The position numbers and the translations under genes are program-made. A DNA stretch of 49,417 bases, filler included, from Nitrospirota bacterium (GTDB taxonomy: Bacteria > UBA2233): the NCBI GenBank assembly GCA_011620345.1. It is 2 parts of 2 records of this genome, joined end to end, with 100 filler letters (N's around TTAATTAATTAA, not from the genome) between each part and the next. Parts side by side here need not be neighbours in the genome. Positions count along the whole stretch, not along the records: positions 1 to 25,122 come from WOZJ01000069.1; positions 25,223 to 49,417 come from WOZJ01000064.1. One strand, written 5' to 3'. A model generated the notes under the pieces. That model was not told the origin of the DNA and made no database searches. It saw only the letters and a program-made list of their open reading frames with translations. Every line of letters begins with the position of its first letter. Position 1 is the first letter of the stretch. Shown here in pieces: positions 18,428-26,741 of the stretch.

Positions 18428-19051
18428 TTACGCCCCCGCGGCCAGGCGACCCGCTTCGAACGCTTCAAGGTTGGAAGCAAGCTTTTTTTCCGGGATAGAG
18501 TCCTTAAGCGCCAAAAATGCGTCTTCTTTGGTAAGCGAAAGCCCACTTTTCGCGACGAATGCGCCAAGAATTGCCGTGCTCGCAAGCGCAGGGCTGCCCA
18601 AGGCCTTGGCGATACCTGTCAAATCAAGCCAGAAGGCCTCCTTGGAGAGCGCATCCAAGTCTGCCCTTAAGGCCTCTTGGGTCGGGTAGTCCATCTCGCC
18701 CGCAATGACGCCCATAGGATAGACAGGCCTATCGTTGAGAACCATCCGGACCTCCGGGCTGCCAAACCCCTCGAGGACTCTCAGCGCCTCGAGCGGCTCG
18801 AGTGCAACGACCCAGTCGGCGGCACCTTTGGGGATCTGCGGGCTCAAAAGGCGCCTGTCTACAGAAACCCGGACATGGCTCATGACCGATCCGCCCCGCT
18901 GGGTGGCCCCGAACGTCTCGCCGATCGTCACCCAAAGGCCTTTTGCCGCGAGCATTTTAGCCAGCATCCTGGAAGCAAAGACATTGCCTTGGCCTCCCAC
19001 GCCCGTAAGGATCACGTTCCAGGGGTCTTTTTCAAGCCCTATGCCGCCCAT
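18428..19051 (-). CDS. iorB: Indolepyruvate:ferredoxin oxidoreductase beta subunit
   Basis: ILTGVGGQGNV, ETFGATQRGGSVMSHVR, LEPLEALR, NLEAFEAG. Start re-set to ATG 19051 (RBS AAGGAG), overlapping the iorA stop. Confidence 0.88.
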   Translation of the reverse strand: MGGIGLEKDPWNVILTGVGGQGNVFASRMLAKMLAAKGLWVTIGETFGATQRGGSVMSHVRVSVDRRLLSPQIPKGAADWVVALEPLEALRVLEGFGSPEVRMVLNDRPVYPMGVIAGEMDYPTQEALRADLDALSKEAFWLDLTGIAKALGSPALASTAILGAFVAKSGLSLTKEDAFLALKDSIPEKKLASNLEAFEAGRLAAGA

Positions 19052-20988
19052 ACGAGCTCCTTTTTTTGTATCGCCCCACTGGGACAGATTTGTGCGCAAA
19101 CCCCGCAGCCTGCACAGAGCACGTCGTCCACGCGCGCTTTTTTTGCATTTTTGTCCCAGAAAAGCGCAGGGCAGCGAAAGACCCGCGTGCAGAAGCGGTT
19201 GCACCCGCAGGCCTCTCCAAGGCAAACCGCCTCGTCCACCGCGACCTCGTAGGCCCCCTTGCCCTTCCTTTGAGGAGAGAGCGCGCAGGGCTGCTTTAAG
19301 ATCAGCACCCTAACCCCCTCCCCTTTTTCGCCCATCATGCCAAGCAGAAGCCTTTCGGTTTCTTGAAGCTCGAAGGGGTCGGCCACGAAAACCTTTGCCC
19401 CTATCGCAAGACAAACCCCTTCAATATCCACGGCCATGGCCCCCTTACCCTCTGCATCAAAGGCAAGCCCCGGATGGGGTTGGAAGCCCGTCATCGCGGT
19501 GCCTTGATTGTCGAGGATCACCAAAAGGAGGTCGGAGCGGTTGTGGACGGCGTTGATAAGCGCAGGAAGGCCCGTGTGGAAGAACGTCGAATCGCCCATG
19601 ACGGAAAGGGTGCGCTGGTCAAACCCAAACCTCCCCAGCTTTCCGAACCCGGAGCCAAGGCCCGTTCCAGAGCCCATCGCATGGAGCGTCTTGATCACCT
19701 GGAATCCAGCGGGCAGCATGGCAAGCGTATAGCAGCCGATGTCCCCGCAGACAAACCCGCCTCTTCCGTCCAGGGCTAACGCCTTCGCGACCGAAAAGAA
19801 CGAGGCCCTGTGCGGACAGCCAGGGCAGAAGGCAAGCTCCCTTTGAGGGGCGTGCATAAGGGTGGCCTCTGCGGCCTTTGATGCGTAGGCCTTGGGGACG
19901 GGCTCGTAGGAGAGCCCCAGTGCTCCTGCCAACGCCTCGGCGACGACATCAACGTTGAGCTCGCCAACGCCAGGCAGCGTGCCTTCGTCCTTGCCTAGGA
20001 AGCGTTTTTGTCCAAGCTCTCCATGATGCTCTGCCACGAACGCCTTGAGGGACTGCTCTAGAAACGACACCCCCTCCTCGACGATAAAGACCCGCCCCGG
20101 GGCTTTGAGATGCGCCTTGAGCAGGCCTTCTGGCAATGGGTAGGTTGTCGTGAGCGCAAGAAGGCCCGCCTTGTCCCAGGCGCTTAGCCTCTCGATCGCC
20201 TCAAAAGCGTAAAGGACGGCCACGGAGGAGGCAACAAGCAGGGTTTCGGGCTTATCGGGCCCAAAGTAACGGTTCAAGGGGAACTCTTCAAACCTGGCCT
20301 TCAGGCCAGCGAGCTTTTCTTGCAGAAGCATGCGCTTCAAAGGGACCGGCGCGGAGATCATCGCTCCCAAGTCCGGGTCGAGAATGAAGCCCTCATGCCG
20401 GAATACTGCGTTCCTTCGGGGTTTGGGCAACGGACCGAGCTCCACGACGCCGCTTGCGTGCGAAAGCCTGGTCACGCTCCTTACGAGCACCGGAATCTTA
20501 AAGGCTTCCGATATTTCGAAGGCAAGCTTTATGACTTCCTTCGCGCTTTCGACATCGGAGAGTTCGAAAAGCGGAAGCTCGAGCATCTTGGAAAAGTAGC
20601 GCGAGTCGGCCTCGTTCACGCTCGAGTGCGCTCCCGGGTCTTCGGCGAACACGAGAACCATCCCCGCACGCACGCCAGAGAGCGCCAAGTGCAAAAGAAA
20701 ATCCGAGCCCACGTGCAGGCCGTTCTGCTTCATGGCAGCAAGCGACCGAATACCCGCGAAAGAGGCGGCCGCTGCGACCTCCATAGCGACCTTCTCGTTG
20801 ACCGACCACTCGGTGTAGAGGTTGGCCTCTGAAGCGACCAGTGCCAGGCTCTCCAGGATCTCGGAGGCCGGCGTTCCGGGGTAGCTTGCCGCAACGCCCA
20901 GGCCCGCCTCGAGCGCCCCGCGGGCGATAGCCTCGTTGCCGAGAAACAGCGCCCTCTTGCCGGGGCAATCCTCAATGAGCTCCTTCAT
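19039..20988 (-). CDS. iorA: Indolepyruvate:ferredoxin oxidoreductase alpha subunit
   Basis: LGNEAIARGA, YPGTPASEI, EWSVNEKVA, FCPGCPHR, GDIGCYTL, GDSTFFH, DNQGTAMTG; C-terminal ferredoxin cysteines (CAGCGVCAQICP). Start re-set to ATG 20988. Confidence 0.92.
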   Translation of the reverse strand: MKELIEDCPGKRALFLGNEAIARGALEAGLGVAASYPGTPASEILESLALVASEANLYTEWSVNEKVAMEVAAAASFAGIRSLAAMKQNGLHVGSDFLLHLALSGVRAGMVLVFAEDPGAHSSVNEADSRYFSKMLELPLFELSDVESAKEVIKLAFEISEAFKIPVLVRSVTRLSHASGVVELGPLPKPRRNAVFRHEGFILDPDLGAMISAPVPLKRMLLQEKLAGLKARFEEFPLNRYFGPDKPETLLVASSVAVLYAFEAIERLSAWDKAGLLALTTTYPLPEGLLKAHLKAPGRVFIVEEGVSFLEQSLKAFVAEHHGELGQKRFLGKDEGTLPGVGELNVDVVAEALAGALGLSYEPVPKAYASKAAEATLMHAPQRELAFCPGCPHRASFFSVAKALALDGRGGFVCGDIGCYTLAMLPAGFQVIKTLHAMGSGTGLGSGFGKLGRFGFDQRTLSVMGDSTFFHTGLPALINAVHNRSDLLLVILDNQGTAMTGFQPHPGLAFDAEGKGAMAVDIEGVCLAIGAKVFVADPFELQETERLLLGMMGEKGEGVRVLILKQPCALSPQRKGKGAYEVAVDEAVCLGEACGCNRFCTRVFRCPALFWDKNAKKARVDDVLCAGCGVCAQICPSGAIQKKELVWAA

Positions 20989-22129
20989 GGCTACCCCCTT
21001 CCGTTTCGATGGCTTCGAGGAACTTTGGCAAAAAGGGGTCTTGGATGTCGAGATAGCCAAGCTTCGGACCAGGACCCGTCTTCTGACGTAACGCCCGGAT
21101 GGCCTTTTGTTTTTTGGCCCTGGCCGCCGTCTTGAGCGCTTCGAGCGCGCCCCTGGGAGCCTCGCGGACCTCCAAAACGCCAAGCTCTACGGCTTGCGAA
21201 AAAAACGCCTCTCCGCGCTCCGAGCGGATGAGTACCTGGTTCCAGGTTCGCATCTCCTCCCAGGGCTCGTTGGTTCTTGCCGAGCCCACAGAGATGTCGG
21301 CAAGCTCGGCCGTCGTATCGAGGCAGAAGGCGCATGCCTCCCGGATCATGGGCTCGAACCCATCGAAGGGCAGCTCCGCTAGGCCCGAATCCCCAAGAAT
21401 TTCGAGCGTTCCCTTTCCCGCCGGAATGTCCATCGCTACGAGCCTTCCGACCCCAAGCTCCTTCAGGCGTTCCTTGAAGGGCCTAAGCGAAAGCGTCCAC
21501 CCGCAGAACACGCCCAAAACGATAGAAAGCGCATCGCCAGGGTGGTCCTCGAAGCGTTCCGAAACGCTCCGGATCTTGGCAAGCGCCTGGGCCTGGCAAG
21601 GCGTGGCTACAACCCCGATGCGCTTGAACCCGGCCTTTCTCGCCGCATGGTAGCCGGACACGGTAGGAGAGACAAAAAGGGTACTGCCCGCGTAAGAAAT
21701 GACCTCCTTTGGGCTCGAAACGAGCGCGGGCGTCATGGCAAGGCTCTCTTTCTTGCCCGCCACGACGGCGACGTCCGCAAACCCTTGAGCGAGCGCCATG
21801 GCTAGAAGCACGCTCAGCGTCCCGCCGTGCTGGGCCTTGGCCCGGAGCATTGGGTCGCTTGCCCTTGCGAGCCTATAGCCCCGTATGCGCCCAAGCTCGG
21901 GCGTGCTCCCACCTTTGTTGGAGGGCGGACCGTAGATCTCGCTTAGCCTTAAATTCCAGCGGGGACAATAGGCGCTGCAACGGCCCTCATCGTTGGAAAG
22001 GCTGCAAGAAAAAACCTGCCGGACGTCATCCTCCCAAAACCCCTGGTAGGGGCATAACCCCACGCAGGCTCCGCAGCCCGTGCAAAGCCCAGCGTCCCAA
22101 ACGTTGGCCTTCAACGAATTCTGGCCCAC
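20972..22129 (-). CDS. FrhB/FdhB-family (F420 hydrogenase/dehydrogenase beta-like) flavo-FeS protein with N-terminal 4Fe-4S motif
   Basis: CTGCGACVGLCP, AQHGG, VATPCQ, GVFC, CAFCLD...ADISVGS; RBS AGGAGG. Confidence 0.85.
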   Translation of the reverse strand: MGQNSLKANVWDAGLCTGCGACVGLCPYQGFWEDDVRQVFSCSLSNDEGRCSAYCPRWNLRLSEIYGPPSNKGGSTPELGRIRGYRLARASDPMLRAKAQHGGTLSVLLAMALAQGFADVAVVAGKKESLAMTPALVSSPKEVISYAGSTLFVSPTVSGYHAARKAGFKRIGVVATPCQAQALAKIRSVSERFEDHPGDALSIVLGVFCGWTLSLRPFKERLKELGVGRLVAMDIPAGKGTLEILGDSGLAELPFDGFEPMIREACAFCLDTTAELADISVGSARTNEPWEEMRTWNQVLIRSERGEAFFSQAVELGVLEVREAPRGALEALKTAARAKKQKAIRALRQKTGPGPKLGYLDIQDPFLPKFLEAIETEGGSHEGAH

Positions 22130-22145
22130 CTAAACCTCCTTCGGT

Positions 22146-22820
22146 TCAACCTTCCTTGCTTGGGCCATCTTGCAACACGACGGCCAAAAGTTTCTTTGGT
22201 CCGTGCATCCCGAAAAACGGCACCCCTTGGATATCCGCGCTTTGGCTCGGGCCAGAAACGAGCGTCACTTGGGAGGGCATCGCCAAGGGTGGGGCAAGCG
22301 CGATTGCGAGGGCTCTCAAGTCCTCTAAAATACTTCCGGCCTTCAAAACGATCACGCTCAAAGGAGGGGCAAGGCTAAGGAGCCTCGGGTTTTCCTTCCC
22401 GTGCACAAGCGCCAGGGCGCCTAGCTCAGAAACGCCCCACTTGGCAACGCTCACCCCCGCATAGGCCTGAAAGGCCGCCCTTTTAAGGCCTTCCTCGTCC
22501 TCTGGAGCCAGGGTTCCTACGACCCCCGAGGTCTGCATCGCCTCTTGGAATGCTGGGCCAAGGAGCGCGTCGGCAGCCCTTGTAAACACCACCCTTTCGA
22601 TGCCTTCGCTCTGGAGAGCCTTAAGGAGCGCGCTCCCGACGTCACCGCTTTCTTTTTCTAAGATAACCATGGCAGAGTTTTGCTTAAGCCGCTCGATGAA
22701 ACGCTCGGTCAGGCCGTCTTTTCCTGGCGCCCTTGCCTGGAAATCACCGAGCCGTTCTGGTTGCCTTGATTCTCTAGGGGCCTTCTTCAGCCGCCCAAGG
22801 ATGGCATCGCGCGCGTTCAC
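22146..22820 (-). CDS. lutC: Lactate utilization protein C (LUD domain)
   Basis: N-terminal ARDAILGRL; RLLSLAPP; LVSGPSQSADIQ...GMHGP. Confidence 0.85.
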   Translation of the reverse strand: MNARDAILGRLKKAPRESRQPERLGDFQARAPGKDGLTERFIERLKQNSAMVILEKESGDVGSALLKALQSEGIERVVFTRAADALLGPAFQEAMQTSGVVGTLAPEDEEGLKRAAFQAYAGVSVAKWGVSELGALALVHGKENPRLLSLAPPLSVIVLKAGSILEDLRALAIALAPPLAMPSQVTLVSGPSQSADIQGVPFFGMHGPKKLLAVVLQDGPSKEG

Positions 22821-24184
22821 GGCATTTTTTCCTTGTTTTGGGCTGCCCCGAAAGCCTCCCGGAAACGCCGAGGGGCGAGCAAAGGAAGGCCAAACCTCCT
22901 GCCTAGCGCGTTGTAAAATGGCCTCAAGATTTTCAGCCCAAGGTTCTCTCTCATGCCCCCCGACAGCCCAAAGCCAGCCACGCCGTACGCTATCCCTTCC
23001 AAAGAAAGCAGACGCTTTCTGGCGAGCTTTTTTCGAAGCTCGAGGATAAGCATTGGATGGTCGATCCCGGCAGGGCAGACCTCTTTACACGCCCCGCAGA
23101 GACTGCAGGCTTGAAGGAGCTCGTTGGCGGCCTTTAGCCCGACAAGCATGGGAGTCCAGACAAGCCCCATCGGCCCAGAGTAGGCAAACCCGTAAGGGTA
23201 GCCGCCGACCTGGGCGTAGACCGGGCAGACGTTCAAGCACGCCCCGCAACGGATACAGGCCAGGGCAGGGCGTGTTTTGGGGTCTTCGTATATCTTCGAG
23301 CGCCCGTTGTCCACGATCACAACGTGAAGCTCCTCCGGGCCATCGAACTCGCCAAAGCGCCTTGGGCCCGAATCTATCGTGACGTAGGCCGACATCCTCT
23401 GGCCCGTACAGCTTGGGGGCAGCAGCCGAAGGACATAAAAGGCATCTTCGATGGTTGGTACGAGTTTTTCGATTCCCATGAGCGAAACCTGAACCTTTGG
23501 GACGGACTTTAGGAAGCGGATATTGCCCTCGTTCTCGACGCCCAAGATCGAGCCAGTTTCGGCAACGGCAAAGTTCACCCCCGTGATCCCAACCTTGGCC
23601 TCGGAGAACTTTCGCCTGAAAAATTCCCTAGCCGCAACGCCCAGTGCCACAGGGTCGGTGACGGGTCCTTGAATGAAACCCATATCCAAAAACAACGCCG
23701 AAACCCGCTCGACGGGCACGTTGATGGCGGGCCCGACGATGTGAAACGGAGGAAGCCCTAGCACTTGGCAGATGAACTCTCCCAAGTCCGTCTCTAGTGT
23801 CTCGAAGCCTTCCTCACCAAGAAACTCCCTTAGCCCTATCTCTTCGGTGAGCATCGACTTAGACTTAAGCACCGTCTTGGAGTTTTGCGCCCCAAGGAGA
23901 CCAAGCACAATCAGCCTTGCCTCCTTGGCGTCCCTGGCCCAGTGGATGTTAGTTCCGTTCGCTTTCGCGTTCTTTTCGAACGTTTCCAGAAGCTCTGGCA
24001 ACACCTCGAGCGCATCCGCCCTGATCTCTGCCGCCTTTTTAAGCGCACCCTTTGGATCCGGAAGCTCGGAGAGCGCCGCCTCCCTGAGCGCCCTAAAGGC
24101 AAAGGGCAGGATCTTCAAAAGACGCTGGGCGTCTTGGTCCTCGAGCGCGTCTTTTGCTACCCTCCGAAACGGGATCGACCTCAT
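22817..24184 (-). CDS. lutB: Lactate utilization protein B (FeS)
   Basis: KSKSMLTEEIGL, ETDLGEFI, GVNFAVAETGS, ENEGN, CIRCGACLNVCPVY, CSLCGACKEVCP. Start re-set to ATG 24184 (ATGA overlap with lutA). Confidence 0.9.
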   Translation of the reverse strand: MRSIPFRRVAKDALEDQDAQRLLKILPFAFRALREAALSELPDPKGALKKAAEIRADALEVLPELLETFEKNAKANGTNIHWARDAKEARLIVLGLLGAQNSKTVLKSKSMLTEEIGLREFLGEEGFETLETDLGEFICQVLGLPPFHIVGPAINVPVERVSALFLDMGFIQGPVTDPVALGVAAREFFRRKFSEAKVGITGVNFAVAETGSILGVENEGNIRFLKSVPKVQVSLMGIEKLVPTIEDAFYVLRLLPPSCTGQRMSAYVTIDSGPRRFGEFDGPEELHVVIVDNGRSKIYEDPKTRPALACIRCGACLNVCPVYAQVGGYPYGFAYSGPMGLVWTPMLVGLKAANELLQACSLCGACKEVCPAGIDHPMLILELRKKLARKRLLSLEGIAYGVAGFGLSGGMRENLGLKILRPFYNALGRRFGLPLLAPRRFREAFGAAQNKEKMP

Positions 24185-24921
24185 GGCCTGGCCCTCCGCT
24201 CGAGCGCCTCGTAGAGCACGCTTGCGATGTGCCGCACCTGCTTCGTTTCGTGCTTGCCGAGTGCCCGGCTTAGGTGGGTCATGCAACCGGGCTCGATCAC
24301 GACGAGCACCTCGGCTCCGCTTTGAAGGAACGGCTCGAGCCTCGCATGAGCCATCGCCTTCGAAACTTCTGGAAGATGGAAGGAAAACGCACCCCCAAAC
24401 CCGCAACAGGCCTCGGCAGACTCGAGCTCACTGGCCCCTTGTCCTCTTGACGATGAAAGCAGCGCCAAGGGCTGGGAGCGGACGCCAAGACCCCGAAGGG
24501 CCCTGCATGAGGGCCTGTAGGCAACCTTGCCTTGGATATCCAGGCCGATGCCTTCGATTCCAAGCTCATCCACGAGGAACGAGGAAAGCTCGAACGTCCT
24601 TTGGGCAAGCTCGAGCGCTTTCGCTTGCATTCTGGGCTCGTCTTCAAAAAGCGTTGGGTAGTGGAACTTGATCATCTCCGCGCAAGAGCCCGAGGGAACG
24701 ACGAGAGGTTTTCCGTTCTCCACGGCACTTATGACCCCGCGCGCCAAGGCGCGGGCCCTTTTGGGGCGACCTTCGTTCAAAAAAGGCTGTCCGCAGCAGC
24801 CGGGCGTATCCGGAATGTTCACCTCGACCCCCAAGCGACGAAGGAGGTTAAGCGTGGCGAACCCTATGTCCGGAAGGGCTAGATCGACCAAACAAGGCAC
24901 GAAAAGGTTCGCTTGGTACAC
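24181..24921 (-). CDS. lutA: Lactate utilization protein A (CCG-domain FeS protein)
   Basis: LFVPCLVD, CCGQP, PSGSC, CCGFGG, PGC; GTG start at 24921 after RBS AAGGAGG. Confidence 0.88.
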   Translation of the reverse strand: MYQANLFVPCLVDLALPDIGFATLNLLRRLGVEVNIPDTPGCCGQPFLNEGRPKRARALARGVISAVENGKPLVVPSGSCAEMIKFHYPTLFEDEPRMQAKALELAQRTFELSSFLVDELGIEGIGLDIQGKVAYRPSCRALRGLGVRSQPLALLSSSRGQGASELESAEACCGFGGAFSFHLPEVSKAMAHARLEPFLQSGAEVLVVIEPGCMTHLSRALGKHETKQVRHIASVLYEALERRARP

Positions 24922-24950
24922 CCTGCCCTCCTTCCATAAAACCGTTCTTT

Positions 24951-24989
24951 GTATGTCTTTAGCATACGCTTGAGTAAGGGGATCCACAA
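24951..24989 (-). promoter_or_regulatory. Candidate sigma70 promoter of the lut-ior operon with overlapping inverted repeat
   Basis: The minus strand reads TTGTGG-17nt-TATGCT. The inverted repeat GTATG-N7-CATAC (24951-24967) overlaps the -10. Confidence 0.45.
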
Positions 24990-25043
24990 CCCTTCGTACA
25001 CGAAAAATGCCCTTGGTCGCATGCAAAGCCGAGGCTTGCAAAT

Positions 25044-25122
25044 GCGGGACAAGAATGTCCCGCCTATCTTCCCATCTGATAGCCGGGTCTTTCTAGGCCC
25101 GGCGCAAAGAGAGCTGGACAAG
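25044..25122. repeat. REP-like inverted doublet (same family as 36-268), truncated by contig end
   Basis: GCGGGACAAGAATGTCCCGCCTATC (25044-25068) is followed by GATAGCCGGGTCTTTCTAGGCCCGGC (25078-25103). A third copy (GCTGGACAAG) begins at the break. Confidence 0.8.
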
Positions 25123-25222
25123 NNNNNNNNNNNNNNNNNNNNNNNNNNNNNNNNNNNNNNNNNNNNTTAATTAATTAANNNNNNNNNNNNNNNNNNNNNN
25201 NNNNNNNNNNNNNNNNNNNNNN
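25123..25222. other. Artificial contig-joining linker
   Basis: 44 N, then TTAATTAATTAA (25167-25178, stops in all six frames), then 44 N. Confidence 0.97.
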
Positions 25223-25264
25223 GGAAGGTATGGGCGACGTTTTGCATGGTCAGCGTTTCTAAGC

Positions 25265-25600
25265 TTACCTGGCAAAACCAAGGAAAAGGGCTAGGGCCCT
25301 ATCCAGCCTGACCCTCAAGTGCTCATCAATCTTGCCAAGCCTGGCCCGGATCCTTTCTTGTTTTAGGGCTGTGATCTTGTCCGCCATGATCTGTGAGGGC
25401 CTAACGAGACCTGTTTCGTTGCAAGGTTCTACATCGAGGCGGAAAAGCGGCGCGTCTTGCAGTGTGCTCGTAATTGGGCAAATGACGATGCTTACGTGCG
25501 TGGGGTTAAAAATATCCGACTGAACGATCACCGCAGGGCGGGGTTTTCCGTAGTCTCCGGGAGCGACACAGAGGACAATGTCCCCGCGTTTCAGCTCCAA
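25265..25600 (-). CDS. PemK/MazF-family type II toxin
   Basis: KRGDIV...GDYGKPRPAVIVQSD...CPITS...SQIMADKI. Probable TTG start at 25600, overlapping the antitoxin end. Confidence 0.92.
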   Translation of the reverse strand: MELKRGDIVLCVAPGDYGKPRPAVIVQSDIFNPTHVSIVICPITSTLQDAPLFRLDVEPCNETGLVRPSQIMADKITALKQERIRARLGKIDEHLRVRLDRALALFLGFAR

Positions 25601-25806
25601 TCCCAGCCTTCGGTGTCCCTTGCGGCCTCGACCCAATCAAGCGTTTGCTGCTCGCTTGCTAAGCGGCTGACGAGCGCAGACTGCCTTCTGGCTTCCTCAA
25701 TAAAGCCCGATAAGCGCGTATCCGGTACCCAAAGCTGGATGGGGCGCAGACCACGGGCTCTCAACCTAGCCCTCAAGGCCCTCATTTTTCTGGCCGCTTC
25801 CGTCAT
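25591..25806 (-). CDS. MazE-like antitoxin (DUF3018 type)
   Basis: Signature RARLRARGLRPIQLWVPDTR...EARRQS, immediately upstream of the toxin. Confidence 0.88.
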   Translation of the reverse strand: MTEAARKMRALRARLRARGLRPIQLWVPDTRLSGFIEEARRQSALVSRLASEQQTLDWVEAARDTEGWDWS

Positions 25807-25847
25807 AGGAGGAGCCCCTTTTTTTGGTGAACCCTCATATTCCAATT

Positions 25848-25859
25848 GTAACATGTTAC
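25848..25859. promoter_or_regulatory. Probable TA autoregulatory operator
   Basis: Perfect 12-bp palindrome GTAACATGTTAC about 40 nt upstream of the antitoxin start. Confidence 0.6.
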
Positions 25860-26136
25860 CGGATGCCCCGCCTAGCGGGTACCTAGGCCGACGTTGCTTC
25901 ATAAACTGGAAACGCCCATGCTCGTCCCCCTTGGCTCGGCGGGCTCACGCCTTGGCATCGTGTATAAAAACCATGAAAGAGTAGTAGGCAGAACAGCATA
26001 GCTCGCTGATCGTGGTATGGGAGGCTTCGAAGGTTGCCATGATCCTGCGAAATCGGCCACAATGATATTGCGTGGGAATTTTGGACACAATATCAAGCCC
26101 CCGAAATGAGCCCGGCAAAGCCGAGGAGAAGATAAG

Positions 26137-26625
26137 ATGGAACTTTCCGGCTCATGCCATTGCAAGGCCATCACCTTTACACTGGAGAGCCATACCCCTT
26201 ACCCATTCATGATTTGTTACTGCTCGATCTGCAGAAAGACCCAAGGGGGGAACGGCGGGGCCGTCAACATTATGGGCGAAAAGGGCACGCTCAAGGTAAA
26301 CGGCGGGGAGAGCCTTTCCGTTTATCAGGCGCGCATCGAGATGCCGGACGGCCGTGTGGAACAAAGCCCTGGGCAAAGGCATTTCTGCAGCGGGTGCGGC
26401 TCGGCCTTATGGATGTGGGATCCAAGGTGGCCCGAGCTTGTCCACCCCTTCGCTTCGGCGATCGACACCCCCCTGCCCATCCCCCCAGAGCGCGTCCATA
26501 TCATGCTTAGCTACGCTCCAGCATGGGTCATCGTTCCCGAAGGGCCAGGACATGTCCATTTCAAGGAATACCCGGAAGAAAGCATCGAAGGCTGGCACAA
26601 GACCCGAGGGCTATGGCAGGACTAA
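26137..26625 (+). CDS. GFA/CENP-V family zinc protein
   Basis: GSCHC, CYCSICRK, RHFCSGCGS; RBS GAGGAG. Confidence 0.88.
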   Translation: MELSGSCHCKAITFTLESHTPYPFMICYCSICRKTQGGNGGAVNIMGEKGTLKVNGGESLSVYQARIEMPDGRVEQSPGQRHFCSGCGSALWMWDPRWPELVHPFASAIDTPLPIPPERVHIMLSYAPAWVIVPEGPGHVHFKEYPEESIEGWHKTRGLWQD

Positions 26626-26741
26626 ACTCGAGCGTTCTTCGATGCCATTAAGCAGAATTGCCTGTTCGCATGAGAAACACGGGGAGGCCCTAGATGTCCA
26701 AAAGGGGCCCTAATCAAGCTTAAAACAAACAAAAGGAAAGC

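Noticed and set aside
19039-21183. N-terminal extensions in the ORF track for iorA (also iorB, lutA, lutB, nitrilase, BKACE, BCCP)
   Set aside because: The extensions overlap neighbouring genes or intergenic DNA. Downstream starts match expected family N-termini and mostly have a clear RBS.
20972-22129. Evidence for methanogenesis or an F420-reducing hydrogenase
   Set aside because: No frhA/frhG or formate dehydrogenase subunit is adjacent. FrhB-family domains occur in non-F420 bacterial enzymes.
25167-25178. TTAATTAATTAA palindrome as a biological site
   Set aside because: It is centred within N padding and is an artificial linker.
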